DNA of 64,000 nucleotides from an uncultured delta proteobacterium (GCA_963832165.1 CAWHTE010000002.1:224001-288000); one strand, 5' to 3'. Positions 1 through 11,430 are shown, numbered from the stretch's first letter. Notes: generated by a model not told the origin, from the sequence alone. Numbers and translations are program-made.

Positions 1-446
1 TCGGTGATGTCGAGCGCCACGCCGACCACGCCGCGGATCGCCTGGCTCGCGTCGCGCATCGGCTCGACGTGCGCGCGTAACAGGCGCGACTCGCCGTCCA
101 TCTCCACCCACACCTCGAAGTTGCGCGATTCGCCCTCGAGCGCGGCGCTGTGCGCCTGGATCGACGGGTGCTCGGGATTGCTGTGGCTGAAGAGCTCCAC
201 GACGCTCACACCCATACCCGGGTCGACGTCGAACCCGACGAGACCCCTTCGCTCCGGTTGCATCCAGGTGATGCGCAGATTCTCGTCGGTGGCCCACAGA
301 AAGGCGGGAAGCTGTTCGAGCAGCGGGCGCACGCGCGCGAGGTCGGTGTCGCGGTGGCGGTCGTACTGGGCGAGCCGGGTGCGCAGCTCCCGAACTTCCG
401 CGATCAGCTCGCGCTTCGATCGCCGATCGTCATCGCTCGCCTCCAC
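1..446 (-). CDS. PAS/PAC-domain sensor protein, N-terminal part (runs off window edge)
   Basis: Not in the ORF track. Manual minus-strand translation gives VEASDDDRRSKRELIAEVRELR...LLEQLPAFLWATDENLRIT...HVEPMRDASQAIRGVVGVALDIT (PAS entry plus PAC motif). GTG at 446 is preceded by GGAGG. Confidence 0.75.
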   Translation of the reverse strand, partial: MEASDDDRRSKRELIAEVRELRTRLAQYDRHRDTDLARVRPLLEQLPAFLWATDENLRITWMQPERRGLVGFDVDPGMGVSVVELFSHSNPEHPSIQAHSAALEGESRNFEVWVEMDGESRLLRAHVEPMRDASQAIRGVVGVALDIT

Positions 447-502
447 GCCGGCCGCCTCCGCACGAGCTGCTAATGCATCGCGCCCATTCTCACCCGCCCG
501 CG

Positions 503-1909
503 TCAGCGCTTCAAGATGTCAGTGACCGTGCCCGCCGCCACTTCACCTGCGAGACCGACCGTTTCGGAGAGGCTCGGATGGGGGTGGACCGTGAGCGCGA
601 CGTCCCAGACGTCCGCTCCGAGCTCGATCGCGAGCGCGAGCTCCGCGATCAGCTCGCCCGCGTGCACACCGACGATCCCGCCGCCGAGGATCCGCCGCGA
701 TTCGGGCTCGAAGAGTAGTTTCGTCAGCCCTTCGCTGCGCGCGATCCCGAGCGCGCGCCCGCTAGCGGCCCACGGGTAGACCGCTTTCTCGAACGCGATG
801 CCGCGCTGCGCCGCCTCGGACTCGGTGAGCCCGACCCACGCCACCTCGGGGTCGGTGTAGGCGACCGACGGGATCGCGTGCACGTCGAACGCGGAGCGGA
901 GGCCGGCCACCACTTCAGCAGCGACCTTGCCCTCGTGCATCGCCTTGTGCGCGAGCATCGGCCCGCCGCACAGATCCCCGATCGCGTAGATGTTCGGGAC
1001 GTTGGTGCGCTGCTGGCCATCGACGGGCACGAAGCCGCGCTCATCGACGCGCACACCCGCGGCCTCGGCGCCGATCCCGTCGCCATTCGGCCGCCGGCCG
1101 ACCGCCACGAGCACCCGGTCGAATACCGTTTCCGCGGGCGCATTCTGCCCCTCGAAGCGCACGCGCAGCCCGTCGGGCTCGGCGCGTACCTCGCTGACCT
1201 TGGTCTGGAGATGGATGCCCGCATAGCGCTGCGCGATGCGCCGCTGCAGCGGGCGCACGAGGTCCGGATCGACACCCGTGAGCAGCGCGGGCAGGAGCTC
1301 CACCACGGTGACCGCGCTGCCGAGCGCGTGGTACACGGCGGCCATCTCGAGACCGATGATGCCGCCGCCGATCACGAGCAGGCGGCCCACCTCGTCCACT
1401 TCGAGCGCGGAGGTCGAGTCGAGAATGCGCGGGTCGTCGGGCAGGTTCGGCAGCGTGGCGTTGCGCGAGCCCGCGGCGAGGATCGCCGCATCGAACGAGA
1501 TGCTCCGCACGCCCGCGGCCGTCTCTATCTCGACGTGGTTCGGCGACGCGAGCTGCGCGGCTCCGGTCACCACCTCCACCTTGCGCTGCTTCGCGAGCTG
1601 GCCGAGCCCGCCGGTCAGCTTCTTCACCACGGCATCCTTGTGCGCGCGCAGCTTGACGAAGTCGAGCACGGGAGCGCCGAAGGCGACACCGTGGTCCGCG
1701 AGCGCGGCCGCTTCGCCGATCGTGAACGCCACGTGCAGGAGCGCCTTCGACGGGATGCATCCGACGTTCAGGCAGACGCCGCCGAGCGCGGGGTAGCGCT
1801 CGACGAGCACTACCCGCTTGCCGAGGTCTGCGGCGCGAAACGCAGCGGTGTAGCCCCCGGGACCCCCGCCGAGCACCAGCACCTCGGTATCGTGCGCTGC
1901 GCTCTCCAC
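503..1909 (-). CDS. lpdA: dihydrolipoyl dehydrogenase (E3)
   Basis: GGGPGGY FAD motif, GGVCLNVGCIPSKAL redox disulfide, C-terminal HPHPSLSE; last gene of the PDH operon. Confidence 0.97.
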   Translation of the reverse strand: MESAAHDTEVLVLGGGPGGYTAAFRAADLGKRVVLVERYPALGGVCLNVGCIPSKALLHVAFTIGEAAALADHGVAFGAPVLDFVKLRAHKDAVVKKLTGGLGQLAKQRKVEVVTGAAQLASPNHVEIETAAGVRSISFDAAILAAGSRNATLPNLPDDPRILDSTSALEVDEVGRLLVIGGGIIGLEMAAVYHALGSAVTVVELLPALLTGVDPDLVRPLQRRIAQRYAGIHLQTKVSEVRAEPDGLRVRFEGQNAPAETVFDRVLVAVGRRPNGDGIGAEAAGVRVDERGFVPVDGQQRTNVPNIYAIGDLCGGPMLAHKAMHEGKVAAEVVAGLRSAFDVHAIPSVAYTDPEVAWVGLTESEAAQRGIAFEKAVYPWAASGRALGIARSEGLTKLLFEPESRRILGGGIVGVHAGELIAELALAIELGADVWDVALTVHPHPSLSETVGLAGEVAAGTVTDILKR

Positions 1910-1918
1910 CCTCGGCGC

Positions 1919-3351
1919 CTAGAGGATCAGCCGGCGCAGGTCGGAGAGCAGCTCCGACAGACGCGTGGTGAAACGCGCGGCGTCTGCGCCGTCGATCACG
2001 CGGTGATCGTAGGAGAGCGAGAGCGGCAGGATCAGGCGAGGCACGAACGAGCCGTCGCGGTGCACGGGCTGCCAGCTCATCTTGCCGACGCCGAGGATCG
2101 CCACTTCGGGGTGGTTGACGATCGGGGTGAAGAAGGTGCCGCCGATCCCGCCCAGGCTCGAGATCGAGAACGATGCACCCTGCAGATCGCCCGGCGCGAG
2201 CTTGCGCCCGCGCGCGCGCGCAGAGATGTCCATGAGCTCCGCGGCGATCTCGTACAGGCCCTTGCGATCGGCGTCGCGAACCACGGGCACCACGAGTCCA
2301 TTCTCGGTGTCGACGGCCACGCCCACGTGGTAGTAGCGCTTCAGGATCAGGTTCTCGCCCGTGTGGTCGAGCGACGCGTTGAACCGCGGCTGCTCCTTGA
2401 GCGCGTAGGCGCACGCCTTGATCACGAACGGAAGGAACGTGAGCTTGACCTCGCGCGACTCCGCTTCCGGCTTCATCTGCTTGCGGAACTCGTCGAGGTC
2501 GGTGATGTCGGCCTCGTCGTGCTGTGTGACGTGCGGGATCGTCACCCAGCTTCGGTGCAGATTCGCCGCGGAGAGCTTGCGGATGCGATGGAGCGGCTCG
2601 ATCTCGGTGGGGCCGAACTTCGCGAAGTCGATCTGCGGCGGCGCGGACACCGAGACGCCCGCGATCGGTACGCCCGCCGCGGTGCCTTTCTCGATCATGC
2701 TCTTCACGTAGCGGCGCACATCGTCGGGCGTGATGCGCGCCTTCGGCCCGGTGCCGGGCACCAGCCGCAGATCGACGCCCATCTCGCGCGCGACGCGTCG
2801 CACCGACGGGCTCGCGTGCGCAAGGATCGCGGCGCCCTGTGCGGGAGCTGCCTCGGGTTCGGCGAATTCGGGTTCGGTGGCCTCGGGTTCGATCGGCGCG
2901 GGCGCCCGCACCGCGGGAGCGGCTGCGGCGGGCGCGGCGGCGGCTCCGGCGCACGCGGCGCTTCCGCGGGTTTGGCGGCGGGCGCCTCTGCGGGCTTGGC
3001 GGGCGCCTCCGCGGGTTTGGCCGGCGCCGCGGTCTTGGCGGGCGCCTCCGCAGGTTGGGCCGGTGCCGCGGTCTTGGCGGGCGCAGGCGGTGCCTCCTGC
3101 GCTTCCTCCTCGTCGGCTTCGATGATCGCGATCAGCGAGCCCTGGTTCACGTGGTCGCCCACGGAGACCTTCATCTCGGCGATCACGCCCGCGACCGGCG
3201 ACGGGATCTCCATGCTCGCCTTGTCGGTCTCGAGCACGATCAGCGACTGCTCGGCCGTCACCCGCTGGCCCTTCGAAACGAGCACCTCGGCGACGTCGAC
3301 GTCGGAGAAGTCGCCGATGTCGGGGAGCAGGATCTCCTGCTTCTTGCCCAT
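1919..3351 (-). CDS. aceF: pyruvate dehydrogenase E2 dihydrolipoamide acetyltransferase, frameshifted in the linker (~2940-2960)
   Basis: Lipoyl domain (LETDKASMEIP) in ORF 2704-3351. E3-binding (HASPSVRRVARE) and catalytic (SYDHRVIDG) domains in ORF 1919-2911. Confidence 0.92.
2950..3095 (-). repeat. Ala/Pro/Lys-rich tandem linker repeats of E2 (PAEAPAK / PAKTAAPA)
   Basis: Repeated ggcgggcgcctcc and gccgcggtcttggcgggc units encoding the flexible linker. Confidence 0.8.
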
Positions 3352-3352
3352 C

Positions 3353-6014
3353 TCACGACCTCGCGGGCGCAGGCTTGCCGGGATCGATCCCGTACTTCTC
3401 GATCGCCTTCGTCACCGTCGAGGGCGGAACCTCTCCGTCGTCCATGAGCGCCTTCAGCGCCGCGAGCGCGACGTAGTAGCGGTTCACCTCGAAGAAGTGG
3501 CGCAGCTGCTCGCGCGTGTCGGAGCGGCCGAAGCCGTCGGTGCCGAGCACGACGTAGCGTCCGGGCACGAACGCGCGGATCTGGTCGGCGTGCACCTTCA
3601 TGTAGTCGGTCGCGGCGATCACGGGACCGCGCCGCGGCGCGAGCTCGCGCGACACCACGGGACTGCGCGGAGCGTCGGCGGGGTGCATCAGGTTCCAGCG
3701 CTCGGTGAGCAGCCCCTCGCGCCGCAGCTCGTTGAAGCTCGTCACGCTCCACACGTCGGCCTCGACGCTCCAGTCGTTGCGCAGGAGCTCCGCGGCCGCG
3801 CGAACCTCGCGCAGGATCGCGCCGCTCCCGAGCAGCTGAACGCGCGGCTGCGCACCCGCGGTGCCCTCCTCGAGCAGGTACATGCCGCGCACGATCCCCT
3901 CGCGCACGCCCTCGGGCATCGGCGGCTGCTCGTAGTTCTCGTTCAGCACCGTGATGTAGTAGAAGACGTCTTCCTGATCCGTGAGCATGCGGCGCAGGCC
4001 GTCCTGGATGATCACGGCGAGCTCGTAGGCATAGGTGGGGTCGTAGGCGACACAGTTCGGGATCGTCGACGCGATCAGGTGGCTGTGCCCGTCCTGGTGC
4101 TGGAGCCCTTCGCCCGCGAGCGTGGTGCGGCCCGAGGTGCCGCCGAGCAGGAAGCCGCGCGTACGCGAGTCGCCCGCGGCCCAGGCGAGGTCGCCGATGC
4201 GCTGGAACCCGAACATCGAGTAGAAGATGAAGAACGGGATCAGCTGCACGCCGTGGTTGGCGTAGGCGGTGCCCGCGGCGAGCCACGACGAGAACGCGCC
4301 GGCCTCGTTGATGCCCTCCTGGAGGATCTGTCCCTCGCGATCCTCGCGGTAGTACATCACCTGTTCGTGATCGACGGGCTCGTAGAGCTGGCCCTCGCAC
4401 GCGTAGATGCCGAGCTGGCGGAACAGGCCCTCCATGCCAAACGTGCGCGCCTCGTCGGCGACGATCGGAACCACGCGCTTGCCGAGCTCCGGATGTCGCG
4501 AGAGCGTGGTGAGGATGCGCACGAACGCCATCGTGGTGGAGATTTCGCGCTCGCCCGATCCCTTGAGCGCGGCGTCGAACGTCTCGAGCGGCGGTGCCTC
4601 GAGCGGCTGCGTGCGCGCCGTGCGCGCGGGCAGGTAGCCGCCGAGCGCCTGGCGGCGCTCGTGCATGTAGCGGATCTCGGGACTGTCCTCGGCGGGCTTG
4701 TAGAACGGCGCCTCGGCGATGCGATCGTCCGGAATCGGAATGCGATAGCGATCGCGGAACACGCGCAGCGCGTTCTCGCCCATCTTCTTCTGCGAATGGG
4801 TGATGTTCTGGCCCTCGCCGGCCTCGCCCATCCCATAGCCCTTCACGGTCTTGGCGAGGATCACCGTGGGCTGGCCGACGTGCTCCGTCGCCGCGGCGTA
4901 GGCCGCGTAGACCTTCTGCGGGTCGTGGCCGCCGCGGTTGAGCTGCCAGATATCGTCGTCGGTCATGTTGGCGACCATCTCGAGCAGCTCCGGGTACTTC
5001 CCGAAGAAGTGCTGCCGCGTGTAGGCGCCGCCACGCACCTTGTAGTTCTGGTAGTCGCCGTCGACGGCCTCTTCCATGCGCTTGAGCAGGAGGCCCTTGC
5101 GGTCGCGCGCGAGCAGCGGGTCCCAGCGGTCGCCCCAGATCACCTTGATCACGTTCCAGCCCGCGCCGCGGAACGTGCCCTCGAGCTCCTGGATGATCTT
5201 GCCGTTTCCGCGCACGGGGCCGTCGAGGCGCTGCAAATTGCAGTTCACGACGAAGATCAGGTTGTCGAGCTTCTCGCGCGCGGCGAGGCCGATCGCGCCG
5301 AGCGACTCGGGCTCGTCCATCTCGCCGTCGCCCATGAACGCCCATACCTTGCGCTCGTTCGCGTCGATCAGGCCGCGGTGCTCGAGGTACTTCATGAGCC
5401 GCGCCTGGTAGATCGCCATGATCGGACCCAGGCCCATCGACACGGTCGGGAACTGCCAGAAGTCGGGCATCAGCCACGGGTGCGGGTAGGAGGAGAGCCC
5501 GCGCGCGCCGACCTCCTGGCGGAAGCGGTGCATCTGCTGCTCGCTGATCCGCCCTTCGAGGAACGCGCGCGCGTAGAAGCCCGGCGAGCTGTGGCCCTGG
5601 ATGTAGAGCAGGTCGCCCATGAAGTCTTCGGTGGGCGCGTGGAAGAAGTGGTTGAAGCCGACGTCGTAGATGCGTCGCCGCGCTCGCGAAGCTCGCGATG
5701 TGCCCGCCGAGCCCTTCGTGTTCGCGGTTGGTCTGCACCACGAGCGCGAGCGCGTTCCAGCGGATGATCGAGCGGATGCGGTGCTCGAGGCCCGGCTCGC
5801 CCGGCGCCACCTTCTCGTCGTTCACGTGGATCGTGTTGAGATAGGCGGTGGTGGCCTTGTGCGGCAGGTGTGCGCCCGATCGGCGCGCCTTGTCGATCAG
5901 CTGCTCGATCAGGAAGTGCACGCGCTGCGTGCCCTCGCGCTGGAGGGCCGACTCGAGCGCGTCGAGCCACTCCTGGGTTTCCTGGGGATCGCTGTCGTGA
6001 GGCAGATCGGCCAT
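3353..6014 (-). CDS. aceE: pyruvate dehydrogenase E1, homodimeric type, one extra base at ~5672
   Basis: N-terminus [20 protein letters not shown]...GGHIASFASAAT continues in another frame as IYDVGFNHFF...YIQGHSSPG...GDGEMDEPES (TPP motif). ATG overlaps the lipA stop (TGATG). Confidence 0.95.
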
Positions 6015-6982
6015 CAGAGGTCTCGCGCTGCGGCTGCGGTGCGGGCGGCCCGCAGCTGCTGGAAATCTGCATCGGCATGGTAGGACGAGCGCGTGAGCGG
6101 AGAAGACGACACGAGCAGGAAGCCGCGCGCGAGCGCCTGCTCGCGATGGCTCGCGAACTCCGCGGGGTCGGCATAGCGCGCGACGGGTGCGTGGCGCGGG
6201 GTCGGGCGCAGGTACTGCCCGATCGTGAGGAAGTCGACGTCGGCTTCGCGCAACGCATCCATCACCGCGAGCACCTCGTCCGGCGCTTCTCCCAAGCCCA
6301 GCATGAGACCGGATTTCGTGAACGCGGCGGGCTCGCACCGCTTGACGCGGCGCAGCAGGTCGACCGAGTGCGTGAAGCTCGCGCCGGGGCGGATCTGGCG
6401 ATAGAGCCGCGGCACGGTCTCGACGTTGTGGTTGTAGACGTCGGGTCGCGCGGCTGCGACGCGCTCGATCGCGCCTTCCTTGTGCCGGAAGTCCGGCGTG
6501 AGGATCTCGATCGTGGTGTGGGGACAGCGCGCGCGAATGTGCTCGATGCAGCGCACGAAGTGCTGTGCGCCGCCGTCCTCGAGGTCGTCGCGGTCGACCG
6601 ACGTGATCACGACGTGGCGCAGGCCGAGCTCGGCGACAGCATCCGCGAGCCGCGCGGGCTCGTCCGGATCGACGCGGTCGGGCAGGCCCGTGGCGACGTT
6701 GCAGAACGCGCACGCGCGCGTGCACACGGTGCCGAGCACCATCACCGTCGCGTGTCGCTGCGACCAGCACTCGTGCAGGTTCGGGCACGCGGCCTCCTCA
6801 CAGACCGTGCCGAGCTTCCGGCCGCGCAGGATCGCGCGCGTGCGGAGCAGCTCGGGTGTCTCGCGCACGTGCACGCGAAGCCACGGGGGCTTGGGCAGCG
6901 GGGCGTCGCCCGCAAGTCGTGCGGAGCGAGCCGAAGGCGAGCGAAGGCCATCGGATCCGGCAGGAGACGGGCTGCGGGCCAT
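6014..6982 (-). CDS. lipA: lipoyl synthase
   Basis: [12 protein letters not shown] auxiliary-cluster motif, CTRACAFC radical SAM motif, C-terminal RSSYHA. Confidence 0.97.
   Translation of the reverse strand: MARSPSPAGSDGLRSPSARSARLAGDAPLPKPPWLRVHVRETPELLRTRAILRGRKLGTVCEEAACPNLHECWSQRHATVMVLGTVCTRACAFCNVATGLPDRVDPDEPARLADAVAELGLRHVVITSVDRDDLEDGGAQHFVRCIEHIRARCPHTTIEILTPDFRHKEGAIERVAAARPDVYNHNVETVPRLYRQIRPGASFTHSVDLLRRVKRCEPAAFTKSGLMLGLGEAPDEVLAVMDALREADVDFLTIGQYLRPTPRHAPVARYADPAEFASHREQALARGFLLVSSSPLTRSSYHADADFQQLRAARTAAAARDL
6911..6946 (-). repeat. dispersed 36-nt repeat, copy 1 (inside the lipA ORF N-terminal extension)
   Basis: Reverse complement cttcgctcgccttcggctcgctccgcacgacttgcg matches 57630-57665 at 32/36 nt, first 22 identical. 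Confidence 0.7.
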
Positions 6983-7037
6983 GACTTCCGGTCAGTGTTC
7001 CGGCGCAGCCACACGGAGTCAAGCGATCGCGCCCGCG

Positions 7038-8384
7038 TCAGAACGCGATGCGCGCGATCGTCGAGAACGAGCAGTAGTAGAGATCATTGGACCAGCCCGG
7101 CGCGGGAAACACCACGGACTGGAACAGGGTCGGAACCGACGCGCGCGCTCTCTCTTCGCCGGTCGCGATGTCGAGCAGCACCACGTCCTCGGCGGTCGCG
7201 CGCGCGAGTCGCCGCCGCACGGCGGGATGGGTCGCAATCGGTGCGAGCCAGCGCGACACGGCGCGAAACGCGCGCGTGCGGAACAGCGCGGGCGCGTGGA
7301 AGTCGTAGGCGACGAGCGTCCCGGTGTCCGGGAATCGGATCAGGTGCCCCGCGGTGGCGAGCGGCCGCTTCCAGAGCGGCTCGAGCGCTCCCGACTCGGT
7401 GTGACGCCACGCCGCGATCACGCCGTTGCCCGAGTCGTAGGCGACGGCGATCCGACGCGCGGGATCGTAGACCGGGGGATTGGTACACGTGCCGTACGCG
7501 ATCCCGGAGATTTCGACGGAATCGTGATCCCGGGCGTCCGCCAGCGAGACGCGGTAGAGCCGGATCGCGCGTCTCGCGATGCCCGCGCCTAGCATGGTTC
7601 CCGTGTAATCGTGCTCACCCTGGTCCATGAACCAGGCGTGACCTCCCTCGAGCACGACGTCCCAGCCATAGCTCTGATCGGAGTGCTCGCGATAGCGGTG
7701 GCTCCACGACCGATCGCGCACGAGAGCACGACCGTCCCAGGCGAGCCGGAACAGCGTGTGATCGCCGAGCGCATAGATCGAGTTGCCGTCCCCGGACAGC
7801 CGCGCGATCGAGGGCTCGGGCAGCGGCACGGGCGCGCAGGCGGGCTCGAGCGACTCGGGATCGAGCACGGAGAGCAGCGCCGGCTCGCGCGTCGCGTGAT
7901 CGAAGTCCTTGGTGACGATCAGACCGCAGTCGAGCAGCACGAACGAGTTGTAGGGTCGCGCGCGCGGCAGCGCGTGGCTCCGAAGCGGCGCGAGATCCGC
8001 GCTCAGGCGGTGCGCGTGGCGCCCGAACACCACGTAGAGCGATCCGTTCGCGTGGCAGGCCATGCCGCCGGGCCAGAACGGGCCGGCGGCGAGATCGGGC
8101 GAGCGCGCGAGCGTCGAGAGCGTCTCTGGATCGAGCCGCTCGACCCAGGCGATGCAGGGCTGCCCGGGTCGGGTCGGCATCGTATGGCGCAGCGCGAACA
8201 GCTCACCGGGCTCGCGCAGCACGAGCATGGTCGCACCGAACGCGTCGCGGTGTGTGACGGTCGGCGCGCGATCCCCGGCGCACACGACTCCCGCGATTCC
8301 GACGGGCGCCTGCGAGCGCCGCGGCCCTCCATCCTCCGCTGGCCAGGGGCTCTTCCAATAGCTCGCGGCGTCGCGTTCGCTCAC
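7038..8384 (-). CDS. hypothetical protein (possible beta-propeller)
   Basis: C-terminal 448 aa of ORF 7038-9275 have protein-like composition (SERDAASYWKSPWPAEDGG...). GTG overlaps the upstream stop (GTGA). Confidence 0.7.
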   Translation of the reverse strand: MSERDAASYWKSPWPAEDGGPRRSQAPVGIAGVVCAGDRAPTVTHRDAFGATMLVLREPGELFALRHTMPTRPGQPCIAWVERLDPETLSTLARSPDLAAGPFWPGGMACHANGSLYVVFGRHAHRLSADLAPLRSHALPRARPYNSFVLLDCGLIVTKDFDHATREPALLSVLDPESLEPACAPVPLPEPSIARLSGDGNSIYALGDHTLFRLAWDGRALVRDRSWSHRYREHSDQSYGWDVVLEGGHAWFMDQGEHDYTGTMLGAGIARRAIRLYRVSLADARDHDSVEISGIAYGTCTNPPVYDPARRIAVAYDSGNGVIAAWRHTESGALEPLWKRPLATAGHLIRFPDTGTLVAYDFHAPALFRTRAFRAVSRWLAPIATHPAVRRRLARATAEDVVLLDIATGEERARASVPTLFQSVVFPAPGWSNDLYYCSFSTIARIAF

Positions 8385-9298
8385 TCCGATCCACGGCGCG
8401 CGCGCGGGATGGAATGATCCCAATCCGCGAGCAGCGTGCGCAGGCCCGTAACGAGCAGGAGCGGCTGGTCGAGCATCATGTGGTGATAGGCCTCGGGAAT
8501 CTCGATGACGGGCGCCCTGCGGCCGAGCAGCTCGTACATGTACTCGCCGATGTCGGGCGTCACGAGGCCGTTCTCGGCGCGGAACAGCGCGACGCGGCAG
8601 CGCACGTCCGCGAGCAGCTCGTGGGTCGCGCGCGGCGTCACGCGCCGCCACACGACCGGATCGAACTTCCAGGTGTAGGCGTCGGCACCGGTCTCGGGAT
8701 GGCGCACGCGCACGAGCGATTCGCGCGCGACGTGGTCGATCACGTACGGCAGCGACGAGGGCTGATCGGGCACGGTCCGGAAGTGACGCAGCGCGGTCTC
8801 GACATCGGGGTAGATCTTCGGATTGCGGAACGCCTTGCCGCGCGCGCCTTCCTCCTCCTCTGGATCGAGCCTCCGAACCGGGGAGTCGAGGATCACGGCG
8901 CCCGCGAGCTCCGCGCCGAACTCGACCGCAGTCGCGATCGTCACGAAGCCGCCCATGCTGTGGCCGACCACCACGGGCGGCCCCGCGGTGCCGAGGTCCT
9001 TCGCGACCGCCAACACTTCGCGCGCCCAGAGGTCGCGTGGATAGGCGTCGCGGCGGCCGCTCTCGCCATGACCCGAGAGGTCGATCGCAGCGACGCGGTA
9101 CTCGGGCACGAAGAGTGGCGCGATGAAGCTCCACCAGTGGGCGTGCGCGGCGCCGCCGTGCACGAAGACGATTCCGGGCCGCCCGCTGGGGCCCCAGTGC
9201 AGGTAGTGAATGCGCGCGCCTTCGACTTCGACCTCGCCGTGCTGCGGCCGGTTGGCGAGCGCGCGGCGGAACCACGCGGGAGTGGGGGTACCAGTCAT
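8381..9298 (-). CDS. alpha/beta fold hydrolase
   Basis: FVHGGAAHAHWW, DLSGHGES, GHSMGG nucleophile elbow, AYHHMMLDQP. Confidence 0.9.
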   Translation of the reverse strand: MTGTPTPAWFRRALANRPQHGEVEVEGARIHYLHWGPSGRPGIVFVHGGAAHAHWWSFIAPLFVPEYRVAAIDLSGHGESGRRDAYPRDLWAREVLAVAKDLGTAGPPVVVGHSMGGFVTIATAVEFGAELAGAVILDSPVRRLDPEEEEGARGKAFRNPKIYPDVETALRHFRTVPDQPSSLPYVIDHVARESLVRVRHPETGADAYTWKFDPVVWRRVTPRATHELLADVRCRVALFRAENGLVTPDIGEYMYELLGRRAPVIEIPEAYHHMMLDQPLLLVTGLRTLLADWDHSIPRARRGSE

Positions 9299-9509
9299 CC
9301 TCTCGTAGCTCTCCTCCGGGCGCGGACGTGAACCGTTCCGCGCCCGAACTTTCTGGTCAAGGCCCGGGGCCCACCGCCCGAAGAGAGGGACGGAGGGGTG
9401 GCGAGCTCGTGTGCCGAGCGGACCTGCCACTGCTGCACCCAGGCTGCTGCTGCCGCGCACGCCGAGTACCGACGCGACTCGCCGCCCCCCAGTTCGACCT
9501 CGCGTCGTT

Positions 9510-10556
9510 CTACGCGATGTCGAGCGGCGCGAGTGAGTCGATCAGCGCATCGAGCCGATCGCTCACGGCCGCGTCGAGCGCGTCAAACCGCAGGAACCAG
9601 CCATCAGCGTCGTCATTGCGCTCGACCACCGTGTGCACGAGCAGCGGCGCGGCGCCGAACGCGCCGAACATGGCGACGACGAGCGGATCGCCCACCGATA
9701 GGCGCTCGTCCCATTCGATCCGCAATCCCTCGCACGAGAGGTCGCGCGCGAGCAGCACGTGTGCGGTCCCGCCGTGCACGCCCATCACGCGCTGCTGGAA
9801 ACGGCGGCGCAGCGTGCGGCGGCGGTCGCGTGTCGGCGGCAGCACGCGCTCGCGCAGGCCGCGGTCGCCGCGGCTCGAGCTGCCCTCGACCGACGGGCGG
9901 AAGTCGATCGCGTGGCGCGCCATCAGTGCGCGCAGCGTGACGCGGTCGACGAGATCGAGTGCGCGGAACGCCACCGACACGTCGAACGTGCGCCCGTCGC
10001 CTGTCGCGAGCTCGCGTGAGCCGAGCACCTCGCCCGAGAGCACGAGGTGCCGCGGCGCGCTGAGCTCGGGTGGCAGCTCGAGCTCGACGCGCGCCCCCGT
10101 GCGCAGCAGAGCGGGGCTGATCAGACCGCAGCCGCCGATCGAGATGCGTGAGATCGTCACTTCGCGCCGGTCCTCGCCCACGCGCACCCACACCGAGGTG
10201 CCCAGCGCGACACGCGTCGAGAGCCGGCGCTCGCGGCTCGCCGCGAGGTCGGGGCGGCGCGTGAGCAGGCGCAGCACCGAGTTCTCGATCGGCCGCACCA
10301 GCTCGAGGTCGCACGGCGCTCCGAACGACTCGGCTCGGTCGCTGATCACGGCGTGCAGGTGGTGGGGCGGCGCCTCCGAGCCGCCATCGGCGAGCGCGCG
10401 TGCGCGCGACGGCGTCGATAGCAGGATCGGGACCGCCTCGCCGATCGTGGCACGGCGCGCGTCGCAATGCGCCACGCCGAGCGCGCGCAGCGCCGCGCGC
10501 ACGTCGTCGAGCTCGCCGTCGTCGAGCAGAGCGACCCGGGGAATCTCGGCTTCCAT
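9510..10556 (-). CDS. tandem PilZ-domain protein
   Basis: ERRLSTRV...ISRISIGGC and DRRRTLRRRF...RDLSCEGL resemble two RxxxR / (D/N)xSxxG PilZ motifs. Confidence 0.7.
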   Translation of the reverse strand: MEAEIPRVALLDDGELDDVRAALRALGVAHCDARRATIGEAVPILLSTPSRARALADGGSEAPPHHLHAVISDRAESFGAPCDLELVRPIENSVLRLLTRRPDLAASRERRLSTRVALGTSVWVRVGEDRREVTISRISIGGCGLISPALLRTGARVELELPPELSAPRHLVLSGEVLGSRELATGDGRTFDVSVAFRALDLVDRVTLRALMARHAIDFRPSVEGSSSRGDRGLRERVLPPTRDRRRTLRRRFQQRVMGVHGGTAHVLLARDLSCEGLRIEWDERLSVGDPLVVAMFGAFGAAPLLVHTVVERNDDADGWFLRFDALDAAVSDRLDALIDSLAPLDIA

Positions 10557-10617
10557 CGCGTTTTGGACAGATCGGCGCGCCGAGCCGCGTCCTGAATCGC
10601 CGTATGCGCCGGGCGGG

Positions 10618-10935
10618 TTATCCGAGCGAGCGCAGCTTCTGCTGCAACTCCCCGCTCTGGTACATCTCCACGACGATGTCGCAGCCCCCCTGGAACTCCC
10701 CCGCCACGTAGAGCTGAGGGATCGTGGGCCACGACGAGAACTCCTTGATGCCGTCGCGGATCTCGGAGTCCTCGAGCACGTTCACCGTCTGGTACTCGGG
10801 CACCAGCGTGTCGAGGATCTGCACCACGGTCGCCGAGAAGCCGCACTGGGGCCGCTGGCGGTTGCCCTTCATGAACAGCAGCACCGGGTGGCCTTTGACC
10901 AGACCGTCGATACGCGTGCGGGTCGAATCGTTCAT
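10618..10935 (-). CDS. grxD: monothiol glutaredoxin (Grx4)
   Basis: LFMKG...[20 protein letters not shown]. Confidence 0.96.
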   Translation of the reverse strand: MNDSTRTRIDGLVKGHPVLLFMKGNRQRPQCGFSATVVQILDTLVPEYQTVNVLEDSEIRDGIKEFSSWPTIPQLYVAGEFQGGCDIVVEMYQSGELQQKLRSLG

Positions 10936-11423
10936 CGCGAATCCTCCGAAAGAGTTTCAGGCGAAAGCGGGACGAGGCGGATCGGGTCGAGCCAGGCGGC
11001 CATCGCGCGCTCGTCGCGCTGGAGATCGGCGAGGTGGATGCGGGCCAGCGTATCGCGCAGTGCGGCCTGCACCGCGCGCCAGAGCGCGCGCAGGCCGCAG
11101 TCGCTCGATCGCACGCACTTGCGCTGCTGACCGCCGTGGCACTCGCAGAAATCCTCGGAGAAGAAAGCGCCCCCGAGCACCTCGAGCGCGCTCCAGACGC
11201 TGATCTGTTCGGCGGGCCGCGCGAGCCGGTAGCCACCTTCGGCGCCGCGGACGCTCTCGACCAGTCCGCCCAGCCGAAGCTCGCGCATCAGCTTCGCGGT
11301 GTATTCGGGTGAGAGGCCCTCGGCATCGGCGATCTGCGAGATCGACACGGGCGCGCCGGTCGCGCTGAGCGACACCTGGAGCAGACACCGCAGGCCGTAT
11401 TCTTCACTCGCGAGCAGCTGCAT
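10932..11423 (-). CDS. Rrf2 family transcriptional regulator (Fe-S binding type)
   Basis: [27 protein letters not shown], Cys cluster CECH-x6-C-x5-C. Confidence 0.92.
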   Translation of the reverse strand: MQLLASEEYGLRCLLQVSLSATGAPVSISQIADAEGLSPEYTAKLMRELRLGGLVESVRGAEGGYRLARPAEQISVWSALEVLGGAFFSEDFCECHGGQQRKCVRSSDCGLRALWRAVQAALRDTLARIHLADLQRDERAMAAWLDPIRLVPLSPETLSEDSR

Positions 11424-11430
11424 CGCAGAG

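Noticed and set aside
2950..3095. Short direct repeats resembling an array
   Set aside because: They encode the aceF Ala/Pro linker; there are no unique spacers and no cas genes.
5660..5680. Programmed frameshift in aceE
   Set aside because: No slippery heptamer or homopolymer; a single extra base is better explained as an error.
878..5767. 1629-aa plus-strand ORF and many other long antisense or alternate-frame ORFs
   Set aside because: These are shadows of real genes caused by high GC3 codon bias; they are Arg/Ala/Gly-rich with no motifs.
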